DNA of 64,000 nt, from the NCBI GenBank assembly GCA_050633305.1, contig JBOEGF010000024.1, forward strand, positions 1-64,000, given 5' to 3'. The translations under genes were made by a program, and so were the position numbers. This document shows positions 36,803 through 46,263 of the stretch, piece by piece (position 1 is the stretch's first letter; every line of letters starts with the position of its first letter). A model generated the notes under the pieces. That model saw only the letters and a program-made list of their open reading frames with translations. It did not search any database and was not told the origin of the DNA. This DNA comes from Nannocystales bacterium. GTDB taxonomy: Bacteria; Myxococcota_A; Polyangia; Nannocystales; Nannocystaceae.

Positions 36803-38110
36803 TTAGACGCTCAAAAATACAGACTCTGCCTCCGGTCCTGCTTTCCACAACCCGGTCGACAGCTGCCCGAGCATCTGGTCGCGGTGGGCGGGAGATGGAA
36901 GGCCCAAGGCACGACAGATCGCACGGGGGTGGGGGGCCTGGGTCCGCTTGAGCAGCGTATCTACGGACTCTTCGAGCGCCTCGCGAACCCGAGTGCCCTC
37001 GGCCGGAGACAACTTCGACATCAACCAGTCGTGAAGATCCCAAGCCAAAGCTGCGTGCCGAAGCTCGTCGGGGGCGATCGACCGCATGGCCGCCGCAACA
37101 CTTGGGTCGGCTGCGCGTTCGCTCTGATGAAACGCGATCAGGGCAGCCGCGGTCTCCCTTACACATCCCTCCACTGCATTCTCGATGGCGATCTCGAGCA
37201 TCGAACGCAGCGCAACGGGTCGCTCTCGTGGTTCGGCAGGAAGCCTCGCATGCTGTTCGCAAAGGCTTCGAACGATTCGGGCGTGGCGGGCCTCATCCTC
37301 GGAAGCATCGCGAACACGCCGGAGCATCGGCTCGGGGCACCCCAGCTCGCCCAGTTCCTGCGCCAACCGGTCAAACGCGAGAACGGACGCCGCCTCGCTG
37401 AAGTACGCATGAGCCAGCACGTCTGCGAGGTCTTGGTCGGGTTGTCCGCGGCGCATAGGCTCGATGCATGCGTGCCCTCGCCCGCCCATTTCGAAGACGG
37501 AATAGCAGCACGTCATCGCGACGCCCCCTTCGGCATCGAGCTCTGAGAACTCGCACGCACCCTGTAGCGGTTCCCCACCGGCCTCGGAATCGGACACGTT
37601 ACACAACACCGCCGCACATAGGTCGTCGCAAATGAGGTCGACATCGTCCCAACCGATGCCGGCGCTGGTCGAACCTCCGCCATCGCTCCTCGTACCGCTC
37701 GACGACCCCGCACCGCCCGACGACCCTGACCCAGAGTCGTCGCCGTCGCCGTCGGAGTCAGGCCCGGGGTAGCCAGTCTCCGAGTTCGTACCTTCGCAGG
37801 TCAGGTCGATCGACTCTCGCGACTCCAAGTAACTGTCGACCGTCGGGAAGTAGGCCCGCTCGCTCTTGTTCGAATCGCAGAAGCCCGCGGCTGGTGTGGT
37901 GCCGCTCGTCGTCGTGGCTGAAGTTGGGAGCGTCGTGGCCGTTCCTGACGTCGACCCTGTTGATACGTCGTTGCCTTCCGACGACGACGCACCATCGGTG
38001 TCCCCATCTCCCGACGGTGGGTCAACCGCGGGTCCGCAACCCGACAAGATGCTCGCGAACACGGCAGTCAGGTAGCGATGACGAGAAGCGGTACTCGATG
38101 GTTGGGACAC
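36803..38110 (-). CDS. Ferritin-like-domain lipoprotein (myxobacterial)
   Basis: ILSGC lipobox, GRGH, EAASVLAFDRLAQEL, DEARH, ENAVEGCVRET, DELRHA. Start uncertain. Confidence 0.85.
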   Translation of the reverse strand: MSQPSSTASRHRYLTAVFASILSGCGPAVDPPSGDGDTDGASSSEGNDVSTGSTSGTATTLPTSATTTSGTTPAAGFCDSNKSERAYFPTVDSYLESRESIDLTCEGTNSETGYPGPDSDGDGDDSGSGSSGGAGSSSGTRSDGGGSTSAGIGWDDVDLICDDLCAAVLCNVSDSEAGGEPLQGACEFSELDAEGGVAMTCCYSVFEMGGRGHACIEPMRRGQPDQDLADVLAHAYFSEAASVLAFDRLAQELGELGCPEPMLRRVRDASEDEARHARIVRSLCEQHARLPAEPRERPVALRSMLEIAIENAVEGCVRETAAALIAFHQSERAADPSVAAAMRSIAPDELRHAALAWDLHDWLMSKLSPAEGTRVREALEESVDTLLKRTQAPHPRAICRALGLPSPAHRDQMLGQLSTGLWKAGPEAESVFLSV

Positions 38111-38123
38111 GTATGCGACCAAC

Positions 38124-38138
38124 GCAAGCCCCGTGCCG
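38124..38138 (-). promoter_or_regulatory. Sigma-54-type promoter (-24/-12)
   Basis: CGGCAC-GGGGC-TTGC on the minus strand, just upstream of the ferritin-like gene. Confidence 0.55.
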
Positions 38139-38478
38139 CCGATTCTGGTTCGAGAGATTCTGGGATCTTGGCGACTGCGTGCTGACCACCACCACGACAG
38201 CAGTGTCGTTGACCCGGTCATGTCGCGTTCGGCATCTCGGGTGGGGACATGCCGGGGGCCACCTGATCTCCCCGCTCAAGTCCCGCCCCGCGGGTCGATG
38301 GCCGAGCATGCGGCTGCAAATCTCGCTTGGATGCGTGCCGCTCGCGGTCGGAGGTTGTGAACAGGACGCTTCGGGGCGACCTATGCCCAGACCCCTCTGT
38401 CAGGGTCGTTGCAGCATGAACCGGGCGACGGCGTAGAAGCCGGAGTCTGCGGCAGAGGGCAATAACTGGGCAAAGACC

Positions 38479-38630
38479 ATGGCGTATTCGGTCGCCTTCA
38501 AGGCGCGCATGATCGGAAAAATGACGGGCCGCGGAGCGGTCACGGGGACAGCATTGGCGGATGAAACTGGGGGTTCGCAATGCACGTTGTCGCGGTGGAA
38601 GCGAGAGGCGAGTCGCGTGCTCGACGTCGA
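38479..38630 (+). pseudogene. IS3-family transposase OrfA N-terminal remnant
   Basis: MAYSVAFKARMIGKM...ALADETG.SQCTLSRWKREA HTH. No integrase core follows. Confidence 0.65.
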
Positions 38631-38772
38631 GAACTGGTCCTCGAGCGTATCGTTGCGTCGACCTCGCTCACGAGCTTCATCGCCAGCGCGAAGGCGAGGA
38701 CAGTGTCCGAATACATGGACAGTGTCCGAACGCATCGGCACTCTTGGCGCGCCAACCCTACGGAGCCGCGCC

Positions 38773-39732
38773 ATGAACCAGCATCCCCTCGCAGAACGAA
38801 CCGAGCAAGTCCGTGACGACCTGCAGAAGGCCATTGGCGACGAGGACTTCGCGACCCTCGTCCGACTCGCCGACGAGCACGGAGTGGGCATCTTCGCGGA
38901 GCCCTTCGACGACGGAACGGTACCCGTCGTCGACTTGTGCGAGATCTGGCCCGATGACATCAACCCGGCAGAGTTGTGGGCGTTCATCGAGCGCGTGGTC
39001 GGTCAACCGTTCGAGCGCGAGGTCCTCGACGAGGTCGTCCGGAGTGTGCTCATCAACAGCGGCTTCGAGATCGAATGGCAACGCGACAGCCTCCGTGGTT
39101 TCGTCGAGCGTGGCTTCGACCCCAGCGAGCCGATCGGCGAGGACGACCCCTGCTTGTTCGCCTTTCTTGCCGCCTTCCCCATCGTTGAGTTGGTCGGCGC
39201 GGCGGAGGAGTTGGGGGTGACGGAAGAGGCTCGGACCGACGCGGCCGTCGCCGCGGTCGCGCAAGCCAGGCTCCGCGCTGGTCGCGTCGATTCGGAGAAG
39301 GTGGCGTTCGCCCTGCGGTTGGTCGCCTCGTGTGCAAGCATGCACGCCGAGCCGCGTAGTTTCGGCATGCCCCTGCTGCATACTGCGGCGGCCTACGGCT
39401 GTTTCGAGGTGTTCGAAGCCGTGGTGTCACGAGCCGAGGACCTCGACGCGCCCATCCCGAAGTCGAGGCCCTGGGCCGCGCCGTACCTCGGCACGGACGA
39501 CGACTTCGATGTGAAGAAGGGCCTCACCGTCGCGACCCTGCTGAACAACTGGGAGCGCGCCCTCGCGAAGGCGGAGAAGAAGGCCAAAAAAAACGACGAC
39601 TCGAGAGCCGACGAGCGTGCGTTCTTCTCGAACTTCATCGAGCGTGCGAAGGCGTTGCTCGCGGAGCGTGGCGTGGCTCCCCGGACGAACCGCGCTAGCG
39701 CGGACACCTGCTCCTCGGGAAGGCCAACTTGA
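38773..39732 (+). CDS. Hypothetical protein with ankyrin-like motif
   Basis: ATG after GGAG. GMPLLHTAAAYGCFEVFEAVV is an ankyrin-like repeat. Confidence 0.65.
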   Translation: MNQHPLAERTEQVRDDLQKAIGDEDFATLVRLADEHGVGIFAEPFDDGTVPVVDLCEIWPDDINPAELWAFIERVVGQPFEREVLDEVVRSVLINSGFEIEWQRDSLRGFVERGFDPSEPIGEDDPCLFAFLAAFPIVELVGAAEELGVTEEARTDAAVAAVAQARLRAGRVDSEKVAFALRLVASCASMHAEPRSFGMPLLHTAAAYGCFEVFEAVVSRAEDLDAPIPKSRPWAAPYLGTDDDFDVKKGLTVATLLNNWERALAKAEKKAKKNDDSRADERAFFSNFIERAKALLAERGVAPRTNRASADTCSSGRPT

Positions 39733-40043
39733 CGCCCGAGACCTGCGACGAGACGGTGCATGTGCGAGACGCCGCTCGGGGCCGCGTCCAGCAGATGGAG
39801 GTCGCGCAGCCTCCGACGTAGCGTACGGTCGAGCCCGATCGCATCACAAAGCGCGGCCGTCGCGGGCTCAGGGTCGAGCCACGCCGCCAGTTGCCACGCC
39901 CGCCGCATGGGTCCATCGAGACGCTCCCAGAGCGCCTGAAGGGCCTGCGAAACGGTTGTTCCGTAGCGAACCTTGTCGCTCACTTCCTCCGCTGCGTCTC
40001 CGCCAGACTTCAGCTCTCGGGAGATGTCGGTTGGGCTCTCCAA
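39728..40043 (-). pseudogene. Fragment resembling NB-ARC/STAND winged-helix region
   Basis: TVSQALQALWERLD...AWQLAAWLDPEP...LRDLHLL...MHRLV. No P-loop upstream, no repeats downstream. Confidence 0.5.
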
Positions 40044-40131
40044 CCGGTGTTGGTCATCGTCGGCGTTCCTGATGGATGGTCGCTCGCCCCTCGAGCGCAG
40101 GTTGGAGCAAGCCCGTCATGTCGGTCGTTTG

Positions 40132-40169
40132 CGACGCACTCTGCAGACCGTTTCAAACCGATCGGCGCT
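40132..40169. repeat. Solo copy of the MITE right end
   Basis: 37/38 identical to 27243-27280. Lies next to a CTAG at the M23 gene stop. Confidence 0.85.
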
Positions 40170-40170
40170 G

Positions 40171-41859
40171 CTAGCGGGCGGGGACGAGCAGTTGCGGGTC
40201 GACCCGGGTGTCCAGCCAGTTCATACGCCAGTCGAGGTGCGGCCCGGTGGAGCGCCCGGTGTTGCCCAGCGTGGCGATGTTCTGGCCTTGTTTGATCTCG
40301 TCGCCGACCTGCACCTTGATCTTCTGGAGGTGCAGGAACGAAGACGTCAGCCCGTGCCCGTGGTCGAGGATGATCAGGTTGCCCGCCAACGGAACATCCT
40401 CCTCGGCAAACACGACGACACCTGCAGCGGGTGACTTCACCGGGCTTCCCTTGCGGCCCGCGATGTCGATGCCCCAGTGAAAGCTCTTCTCCTCGCCATT
40501 GAGGATCCGTTTGCGGCCGTAGGTCGAGGTGATCTTTCCTCGGGCCGGCCACGCGAAGCCGCCGGCGTAGTGCGGGGTCTTCGAGACCTTGGTTCGCACC
40601 TTCTCGATGCGTTTGCGGCTCTTGGCGAGGGCGCGTTTGGTCTCTTTATCCGGGTTCACGAACTCTTCGGGTAGCCCATCGATGGCCTCGGGCTCGAACG
40701 TCCGGTCCTTCACATGGAGGATGTGGCGGATCGGAGGGGTGTCCTCGAACCCGAACGCGAGCAGTGCCCGAGGGGGAGCGTCTCTGCGGAAGCCGAACAC
40801 AAAGTCGCCCTCTTCGGAGACCCGGAGCTTCTTCTTGTTGAACCAGACCTTGGTGCCTGCTGGCGCCTTGCCGACCACCAGCCCGCCATCGGTGACCTCC
40901 CCGGTGAGCGCCACACGGGGGTCCTGTGCGGCGAGGTAGTCCTCGTCCGCCCGCAGTTCGAACCCGATGGTCTTGGTCGTGCCGTCGGGCCCGGTCAGCG
41001 TCAGTTTTCCCTGAAGCTGCATGTCGACGGGGAGGCCCGCGTCGAGGTCGAACCGGGCGCGGAGTTTGCCCTCTCCGTGGATGCGGGCGACCGGAATGCC
41101 AAACGCTTGCACCCCTGCCGCTGCGCCGTCTTCGGTGGGAAGGAACGAAACCGTGCTGGAGACCTCCAGCTGGTGGCCGTCGATCTTGCTCGCGGTGTTC
41201 TCGAGGCGCTCCCACGTCGGAACGCCGAACAGGTCGAGTTGACGTTGGACGGTCCAGTTTGCGCCCTTGCTCAGGCCCTCGTCGGGGGTGGAGACACGGA
41301 GGTGTCCCAGTGTCAGTCGAAGAGCTGAGGCCACGGTCGCCACATGGGCGTCGGCGGTGCCGGGCCAGGGCAAGGCCTCGATCGCGTGGAACTCGTCGGT
41401 CTTGAGGGGATGGGTGCCCGGCGGGTCGGTGGGCTGCAGCGCGGCGCGGAAGGCCGAGAGGAACGCCTCGTCCGCGCCGTCGGTTTGTGGCGTCGTGAGC
41501 GTGTGTGGTTTCCAGTGAAGGTTCGCGCCGTCGAGGACTTCGACCGATGTGGCGAGTCGGACGCGAGGAACGTGCAGCGTCTTCTTGCGGCCCTCGGTCA
41601 GCTTCACCTCGAGCACCAAATCCCGCACGGCACCGGGGGTGAAGGCGGACAAGGCGGCGGGAGGGGTCTTGGTCTCACCGAGCCGAACCATCGCGGCGAG
41701 CGGTTCTTCCTCCTGTTCGATGACTTCGACACCCGCGCCGACGTCGGGTTGGGCGGCCGCGGGCGGCGGAGCGGGTGGTCGTGCAGGGACTTGCTCTTCG
41801 GGCGCGTCATCGCAGCCAAAGGAGAGCGCGCACACCAAAGCGGGCAACCAACGTCGCAT
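40171..41859 (-). CDS. M23 family metallopeptidase lipoprotein
   Basis: LSFGC lipobox, HWGIDIA (HxxxD), HL, GRSTGPHLDW. Confidence 0.9.
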   Translation of the reverse strand: MRRWLPALVCALSFGCDDAPEEQVPARPPAPPPAAAQPDVGAGVEVIEQEEEPLAAMVRLGETKTPPAALSAFTPGAVRDLVLEVKLTEGRKKTLHVPRVRLATSVEVLDGANLHWKPHTLTTPQTDGADEAFLSAFRAALQPTDPPGTHPLKTDEFHAIEALPWPGTADAHVATVASALRLTLGHLRVSTPDEGLSKGANWTVQRQLDLFGVPTWERLENTASKIDGHQLEVSSTVSFLPTEDGAAAGVQAFGIPVARIHGEGKLRARFDLDAGLPVDMQLQGKLTLTGPDGTTKTIGFELRADEDYLAAQDPRVALTGEVTDGGLVVGKAPAGTKVWFNKKKLRVSEEGDFVFGFRRDAPPRALLAFGFEDTPPIRHILHVKDRTFEPEAIDGLPEEFVNPDKETKRALAKSRKRIEKVRTKVSKTPHYAGGFAWPARGKITSTYGRKRILNGEEKSFHWGIDIAGRKGSPVKSPAAGVVVFAEEDVPLAGNLIILDHGHGLTSSFLHLQKIKVQVGDEIKQGQNIATLGNTGRSTGPHLDWRMNWLDTRVDPQLLVPAR

Positions 41860-41991
41860 ACCCAAAGCATCGACCCTGGGCCGGACGTTGCGGACCGCAA
41901 ACGCGATCCGTGCCGGGGTTGTAGTCGCAACCACGACGAAGGCCGCGGTCCACAGGACGCGCGGCCTCGTGTTCCGTCGCTGCGCCGAGGC

Positions 41992-43299
41992 TCAGCGGCC
42001 GATGCCGGCGTACTTGAAGCCCATGCCTTCGAGGGCGGTGCGGTCGTATTGGTTGCGCCCGTCGATCAGCACCGGGTTTTCGCCCATGAGGCTCTTGATC
42101 TTCTCGAAGTCGGGAGACCGGTACTGACGCCACTCCGTCATGAGAAGCAGGCAATCCGCGCCTTCGACGGCCTCGTAGGGGTCGGGCACGAGCTTGAAGC
42201 TGCCGGTCTGGTCCTGAAGGTCACGCACGAAGTTCTCGCCCCCTTCAGGGTCGTGCCCGCGGACGGTCGCTCCGTCGGTGATGAGCGTCCGTGCGACCCG
42301 AAGGGCCGGCGCCTCGCGCACGTCGTCGGTGTTGGGCTTGAAGGCCAGACCCCACATCGCAAACGTCTTGCCCGCGACGTCCCCCACCAGGGTGCGAGCT
42401 TTGCGGACCATGAGGACCTTCTGCGCCTCGTTGATGCGCTCTGCGGCAGCCACCAGGCTCATGGAGAGCCCGTGCTCGCGCGCAGTGTTGATCAGCGCCC
42501 GCGTATCCTTGGGGAAGCAGCTTCCGCCGTATCCAGCGCCGGGGTACAGGAACTTATTCCCGATTCGGGGGTCCATACCCATGCCGGTGCGCACGTCTTC
42601 AACATCCGCTCCCACCAGGTCGCACAGGTTCGCGACGTCGTTGATGAACGAGATACGCGTCGCGAGGTATGCGTTTGCCGCATACTTCGTGATCTCGGCC
42701 GACCGAGGCGCCATGAAGAGGATGCGCTCCGAGGACCGGAAGAAAGGCTTGTACAGCTGATGCAGCACCTCGCGAGCCTTCTCGTCGTCGACGCCGAGCA
42801 CGACCCGGTCGGGCTTCATGAAGTCGTCGACCGCGGCTCCCTCCTTGAGGAACTCGGGGTTGGAGGCGACCACGACGTTGTGGCTGGTGGCCTCGGTCAT
42901 GATCCGGGTGACGCGCTCGGCGGTCCCGACCGGAACGGTGCTCTTGTTGACCACCACGACGTCGTGGTCGAGCTGTTCGGCCACCTGGCGGGCGGCTTCA
43001 AACAGATAGCCGAGGTTGGCCGACCCGTCGGGGCCCGAGGGCGTGCCCACGGCCATGAAGATCACCTCGCCATGTTTGGCGGCGTCGCCGTTCGACGTCG
43101 TGAACCTCAGACGTCCTGCTTTGACGTTTCGCTCGACGAGTGCCTCGAGTCCCGGCTCGTAGATCGGGATCTGCCCGTCTTCGAGCATCTTGATCTTCGA
43201 CTCGTCGATGTCCGCACACAGGACGTCATTTCCGTGGTCGGCAAAGCCGGCTGCTGCGACCAATCCCACGTAGCCTGTACCGATGACGCTGACCTTCAT
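41992..43299 (-). CDS. ugd: UDP-glucose 6-dehydrogenase
   Basis: GTGYVG, PIYEPGL, NKSTVPVGT, SNPEFLKEG, GYGGSCFPKD, GLAFKPNTDD.RE. Confidence 0.97.
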   Translation of the reverse strand: MKVSVIGTGYVGLVAAAGFADHGNDVLCADIDESKIKMLEDGQIPIYEPGLEALVERNVKAGRLRFTTSNGDAAKHGEVIFMAVGTPSGPDGSANLGYLFEAARQVAEQLDHDVVVVNKSTVPVGTAERVTRIMTEATSHNVVVASNPEFLKEGAAVDDFMKPDRVVLGVDDEKAREVLHQLYKPFFRSSERILFMAPRSAEITKYAANAYLATRISFINDVANLCDLVGADVEDVRTGMGMDPRIGNKFLYPGAGYGGSCFPKDTRALINTAREHGLSMSLVAAAERINEAQKVLMVRKARTLVGDVAGKTFAMWGLAFKPNTDDVREAPALRVARTLITDGATVRGHDPEGGENFVRDLQDQTGSFKLVPDPYEAVEGADCLLLMTEWRQYRSPDFEKIKSLMGENPVLIDGRNQYDRTALEGMGFKYAGIGR

Positions 43300-43340
43300 A
43301 GATGCGGGGACTGTACGGTAAAAGGAAGGGGGCTGCCACG

Positions 43341-45014
43341 GTGAGCGACGCGTCGAATGGGGACTCTGACCTGCTGACGTCCCCCCTCGAGGGGGCGTCT
43401 GTGGGGCGCTTGTTCGTGATCGGAGGGCCGATCTGCCTCGCGGTTGCGATCGCGCTCAGTCTTTGGGTGTCCTACTTGCACGTGCGTTTCACCGCGGTGG
43501 TGCAGGCGCCCGGGGCCATGCAGCCCGGCCGCCCCTTCGTGGTCCGGACGCAGGTGGTGCCCGAAGGGTCGGCGCCTCTTCCCCCGCTGGAGGGGGAGGC
43601 GTGGCTGGAGCGGGAGGGGGAGCGCCTCGACTTGGGGCCGCTGAGCTCGGCTCGCACCGATGGGATCATGCAGGCGACGGTGACGACCCCGTCCCTGGAA
43701 CCGGGCCCCGCGTCCCTGCATGTCGCCCTTCGCTCGGCCAACGGCGAGGGGATGGAGCCGATGCTCGAATCGGTCGAGGTCCTCATCGAAGACCCGCTTC
43801 CGGGCATCGAGCCCAAGCCCCTTGTCGCTGGGTCCACGTTGCAACACGGTGACGACTCTCAGCCGCAGCCTCCGGGGGCGCGCATTGTCGTCCGCTCACA
43901 CGGGCGGCTCCTGTCCGAGTTCGACAACACCTTGTACGTCCGCGTCACCAAACCGGACGGCACGCCGTGGGTCGGCGAGGTCGAGGTGGCGTTGGTCAGC
44001 GGGGCATTCGCGGGGAGCAAGGCCCGTGACGGCGAGACCCCCGTGTTGGCCCGCGGCGCGCTCGACCCCTGGGGGGTGTTTCCGGTTCGTGGCTTGCTCG
44101 CCTCCGCGGTGTTGCGCGTCGAGGTACGGGTCCTCGGAAGCGGGGACAAGCCGTTGCACCGACGCACGGCTCGCATGGTGAGCTTCGCCGGAGGTGTCGT
44201 CCTGCGCCCGAGCGTGTTGGCGGTGTCGCCGAGTGAGCCCTCCCTCGAACTCAGCCTCGAGTCTCTTCGCCGGAAGCGGCCGGTGTTCGTCGATGTGCAT
44301 GGCCCCGCAGGAGCGTGGATCTCGACGGTCACGCCGCCGCTGCGGGTCGGTGAGGAGCCGCGCCCTTGGACCTCGCAGCGTGTGGCCCCCGGCATCCTTC
44401 AGTTCGAAGCGTATCCCGCCCCGCATGCGCCCGGCGAGAGCACCGCGCTCGCGCGGGTGCAGGTCGTCGAAGGCGAGCCGGGTGCCCGTTCCTCGTTGAA
44501 GCCCTTGGTGTCGTTGCAACGCGCGGGCCTGCACGCCCCGAGGGTCGAAGCCCACTACGACGCTGAACTCGAGGAAAAATACTGGGCCGCGATCGAGGAC
44601 ATCGAGCTCACACCGAAGCAGGTCTCCGCCGCCCGTGCGTACCTACTCGGCACGCTGCCCCTTTCTGCGTACGGGCCCGAGGTTGCGTTGGTCAACCGCG
44701 AGCGGGTGCTCGGCGCGATGGCCTCCAAGAAGCGAAACTGGACGATCGGGATGCGCTGGGTCCTGCTCGGCGGCGGCGGGTTGTTCCTCGCCCTGATGAC
44801 CCTGACCATGGTGCGCGCGCATGCCCGGGGAGCCGCTGCCACCGTCGAAGCGCTCGGTCGGATCGATGGGGAGGCGGCCCGGGCGGAGGCTGAACTCGCC
44901 GTGACCCAGGCGCAGCGGGCCGCGTTTTGGCGGGGCCTCGTGGTGATCGTGGTCATGGCGCTGGCCTTGGCCGGCACCACGCTGATGCTCGAGTCTCTGC
45001 TGTGGGCCCACTGA
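43341..45014 (+). CDS. Membrane protein, hypothetical
   Basis: GTG start after a purine-rich RBS. One N-terminal and two C-terminal TM segments flank a large soluble region. Confidence 0.7.
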   Translation: MSDASNGDSDLLTSPLEGASVGRLFVIGGPICLAVAIALSLWVSYLHVRFTAVVQAPGAMQPGRPFVVRTQVVPEGSAPLPPLEGEAWLEREGERLDLGPLSSARTDGIMQATVTTPSLEPGPASLHVALRSANGEGMEPMLESVEVLIEDPLPGIEPKPLVAGSTLQHGDDSQPQPPGARIVVRSHGRLLSEFDNTLYVRVTKPDGTPWVGEVEVALVSGAFAGSKARDGETPVLARGALDPWGVFPVRGLLASAVLRVEVRVLGSGDKPLHRRTARMVSFAGGVVLRPSVLAVSPSEPSLELSLESLRRKRPVFVDVHGPAGAWISTVTPPLRVGEEPRPWTSQRVAPGILQFEAYPAPHAPGESTALARVQVVEGEPGARSSLKPLVSLQRAGLHAPRVEAHYDAELEEKYWAAIEDIELTPKQVSAARAYLLGTLPLSAYGPEVALVNRERVLGAMASKKRNWTIGMRWVLLGGGGLFLALMTLTMVRAHARGAAATVEALGRIDGEAARAEAELAVTQAQRAAFWRGLVVIVVMALALAGTTLMLESLLWAH

Positions 45015-45173
45015 GCAGCGCCGACTCGGATGGCCCAGCGCGTGACGATGCAGGGGGGCCGCTTGGCAAACCAGAGCCGACGCGACTCGCGGCGCCGCGC
45101 GTTGGTGAACACGCCCGCGGCGCAATGAGCTTGGCCCTCACGATGTGACGGTTGCTTGCGCACCGCGGGGTCG

Positions 45174-46190
45174 ATGAGGCACACCGGTCGGGTGACGGCA
45201 CCACGCGCCATGATCCTCGCCGCCGGATTCGGCACCCGTTTAGGGGCGTTGTCGGAGCAGCGCCCCAAACCCATGCTGCCGATCTGCGGGACGCCGCTGG
45301 TGCGTTGGTCCGCTCGGTGGCTGGCTCACCATGGCGTGCAGGACGTGACGGTGAACCTGCACCACCTCGGGGAGCAGATCGAAGCCGAACTCGGGGACGG
45401 ATCCCAGATCGGGACGCGGGTGCACTACTCCCACGAAGAGGGGATGATCCTCGGGACCGGCGGTGGCCTCCGAAACGCGCGTGAACTGATCGACGGCGGG
45501 GACGGTGAGCCCATCGTGGTGGTCAACGGGAAGATCATGGTCGACTTCGACCTGCGCGCTCTGATCGCGAAGCACCGGGAAAGCGGTGCGGAGGCCACGA
45601 TGGTGCTTCGTCCCGACCCCGATGCCACGAAGTGGGGAAGCCTGCAGCTCGACGATGATGGGCGGGTTGTTCGCCTGTTGCAGGGCATTCCGGACGCAGA
45701 CCCGCAAGCGCAGCCGAGCTCTGAGCCGCTCATGTTCACCGGGATTCATGTGTTTGAACCCCGGTTCCTCGACCGCATTCCTCCCGAAGGCGAGCAGTGC
45801 ATCGTCCGGACGGCGTATCGCCAGCTCTTCCATGAGGGTCGCGGCCTGCACGGCGTCATCAGTGAGCACTACTGGTGGGAGCACTCCACACCTGAGCGCT
45901 ATCTCCAAGGGGTGGCGAACGTGCTCGATGGCAAGGCGCACTTGCCCCACGCCGAGCACCCGCTGCGCGGAGTCTCCGAAACGGCAACCGTCGATCCCTC
46001 GGCTGAGATTGAGGAGCCGGTGTGGATCGGCCCGGAGGTCACCGTGGGAGCGGGCGCGCGCATCGGGCCGCACGTTCAGTTGGGACGCGGTGTTGTCGTG
46101 GAGCCCGGTGCCGTGGTCGAGCGCGCGATTGCGTGGGAGGGTGCGCGCCTGTCGGGAATCGTCCGCGATACGGTCGTGCCGTCCCCCTGA
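45174..46190 (+). CDS. NDP-sugar pyrophosphorylase (mannose-1-phosphate guanylyltransferase-like)
   Basis: MILAAGFGTRL...PKPMLP, LGTGGGL, C-terminal hexapeptide repeats. Confidence 0.9.
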   Translation: MRHTGRVTAPRAMILAAGFGTRLGALSEQRPKPMLPICGTPLVRWSARWLAHHGVQDVTVNLHHLGEQIEAELGDGSQIGTRVHYSHEEGMILGTGGGLRNARELIDGGDGEPIVVVNGKIMVDFDLRALIAKHRESGAEATMVLRPDPDATKWGSLQLDDDGRVVRLLQGIPDADPQAQPSSEPLMFTGIHVFEPRFLDRIPPEGEQCIVRTAYRQLFHEGRGLHGVISEHYWWEHSTPERYLQGVANVLDGKAHLPHAEHPLRGVSETATVDPSAEIEEPVWIGPEVTVGAGARIGPHVQLGRGVVVEPGAVVERAIAWEGARLSGIVRDTVVPSP

Positions 46191-46263
46191 ACGCAAAACC
46201 CGCGTCGCCGCGAATCTGTGCCAAACCTGCGCGTTGCGTCTGACTCCGGTATCCTGAGTCTCG

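Noticed and set aside
38479..39732. 417-aa ORF as one intact transposase
   Set aside because: Only the first ~50 aa resemble IS3 OrfA and there is no DDE domain. A separate start with RBS exists at 38773.
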